Part shown: positions 15,915 through 16,750 of the stretch, one piece after another | How positions within the stretch are numbered: the first letter of the stretch is position 1 | Layout: each line of letters starts with the position of its first letter | Assembly: GCA_964590575.1 (NCBI GenBank) | Contig: CAZPWM010000070.1 | Location: 1 to 16,750, forward strand | DNA from: an uncultured archaeon | GTDB taxonomy: Archaea > Asgardarchaeota > Thorarchaeia > Thorarchaeales > Thorarchaeaceae | Length of the DNA: 16,750 nt | Direction: 5' to 3' | Made by a program: the position numbers and the translations under genes | The notes under the pieces: generated by a model | Database searches by the model: none | Told to the model about the DNA's origin: nothing | What the model saw: the letters and a program-made list of their open reading frames with translations, nothing else

Positions 15915-16703
15915 TTACCTTCTGATAAATATCAAGAAGCTATAGTGACCCAAACTGCTCATTGTTTTAGGTTCCGTGAAATGATTTATTGATACAACTG
16001 ACCCATCTAAGAGATTAATATCAAACCCTTCAAGAAATTCAAATCCAACGGATTCTAAAATTCCCACATTATCAACAACATATTGGGAACATGGCATGGT
16101 TACTACTAGAAGAGCGCCTTTCTTGAGGCATTTGTGTACTTTCTGGAGACCTACCTTAGCATCACTATATTCCATGTAGTATTCATGAAGATAGCCTACA
16201 ACATCATTGTTCAAAACACCAATGTCGAAGGTTTCCGGCGGGATGAAGCATTTTTTTTTCAGATGGATGTCAAGCCGGGTCAGAGATGAGTGACTGTTTG
16301 CGAGATATTCTAACATGCCAGGTCGAAGATGTGCGTCTTCATCCATTGTTTCCAATTTGGCGTGCACTACTCTCACATTTTCCAGCAGTGCAGCCTCCTC
16401 GAGTTTACCCATAAGACTGTCAAGACGCAGGGCATGCAAGTCAGTACAATAAACGGTTGTTCGTTTCTTCAACACCATAACTTTAGCAACTAGTTCTGGT
16501 AGAATTCTTACGAAAAACGATGGCACTCTATCATGCTCTCCCGAAGCAAAATCAGCTACTAAGAAGTCTATGGCTTGTTCATCTGTTTGGTCCATTTCGT
16601 GAATTGAGGATATATAATCCATCAGAACCCGGCTTTTTGCAATCCAAGCGATAGGGTAAACTTTGTAGATTGCAGATTCTAATTTCTTATTTTCAGTCAG
16701 CAG
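15915..16703 (-). CDS. Class I SAM-dependent methyltransferase-like protein (start CTG 16703/16700 proposed; first ATG is 16622)
   Basis: VADFASG (motif I), VYCTDL, FDIGVL and LQKVHKCLKKGALLVV. The frame stays open upstream to a GAGGTAAGGAG SD followed by CTG CTG. Confidence 0.7.
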   Translation of the reverse strand: MLTENKKLESAIYKVYPIAWIAKSRVLMDYISSIHEMDQTDEQAIDFLVADFASGEHDRVPSFFVRILPELVAKVMVLKKRTTVYCTDLHALRLDSLMGKLEEAALLENVRVVHAKLETMDEDAHLRPGMLEYLANSHSSLTRLDIHLKKKCFIPPETFDIGVLNNDVVGYLHEYYMEYSDAKVGLQKVHKCLKKGALLVVTMPCSQYVVDNVGILESVGFEFLEGFDINLLDGSVVSINHFTEPKTMSSLGHYSFLIFIRR

Positions 16704-16750
16704 GATTCGCTCCTTACCTCTTACATATGATTATGGATATTTAATCTCGA

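Noticed and set aside
2262-15945. Antisense or alternative-frame ORFs (e.g. 2262-2699, 5689-6114, 6571-6897, 10876-11289, 12380-12817, 14224-14649, 15646-15945)
   Set aside because: They are shadows of well-supported genes, with Ser/Phe/Leu-rich composition and no motifs.
1-16750. CRISPR arrays, tRNA/rRNA, IS elements, integrases, defence systems
   Set aside because: No regularly spaced repeats, cloverleaf motifs, transposase or nuclease signatures were seen, and the intergenic gaps are short.

Overview
Gene-dense archaeal chromosomal window. The Sulfolobus/Thermococcus-type geranylgeranyl reductase, TrmB and HTH_10 regulators, LipS2, split LplA/LplB and an acidic membrane-anchored surface glycoprotein fit an Asgard archaeon, probably Thorarchaeia (inference from gene content and protein style, not a database result). 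From left to right: a minus-strand wHTH regulator plus membrane protein pair; a divergent membrane protein plus surface-protein operon ending in a hairpin terminator; a long plus-strand run (agmatinase, TrmB regulator, geranylgeranyl reductase, M23-like metallopeptidase without a signal peptide, LipS2-type radical SAM enzyme, lipoate ligase N- and C-subunits); a hypothetical protein; an EamA transporter divergent from an HTH_10 regulator; a cluster of a charged coiled-coil protein, an HExxH membrane protease, a small winged-helix protein and a convergent 526-aa coiled-coil/winged-helix protein; and a SAM methyltransferase-like gene. No rRNA, tRNA, CRISPR array or mobile element was seen. The best leads are the M23-like enzyme in the lipoate-assembly operon, the coiled-coil/wHTH/protease cluster, and two genes that appear to start at ATT and CTG.
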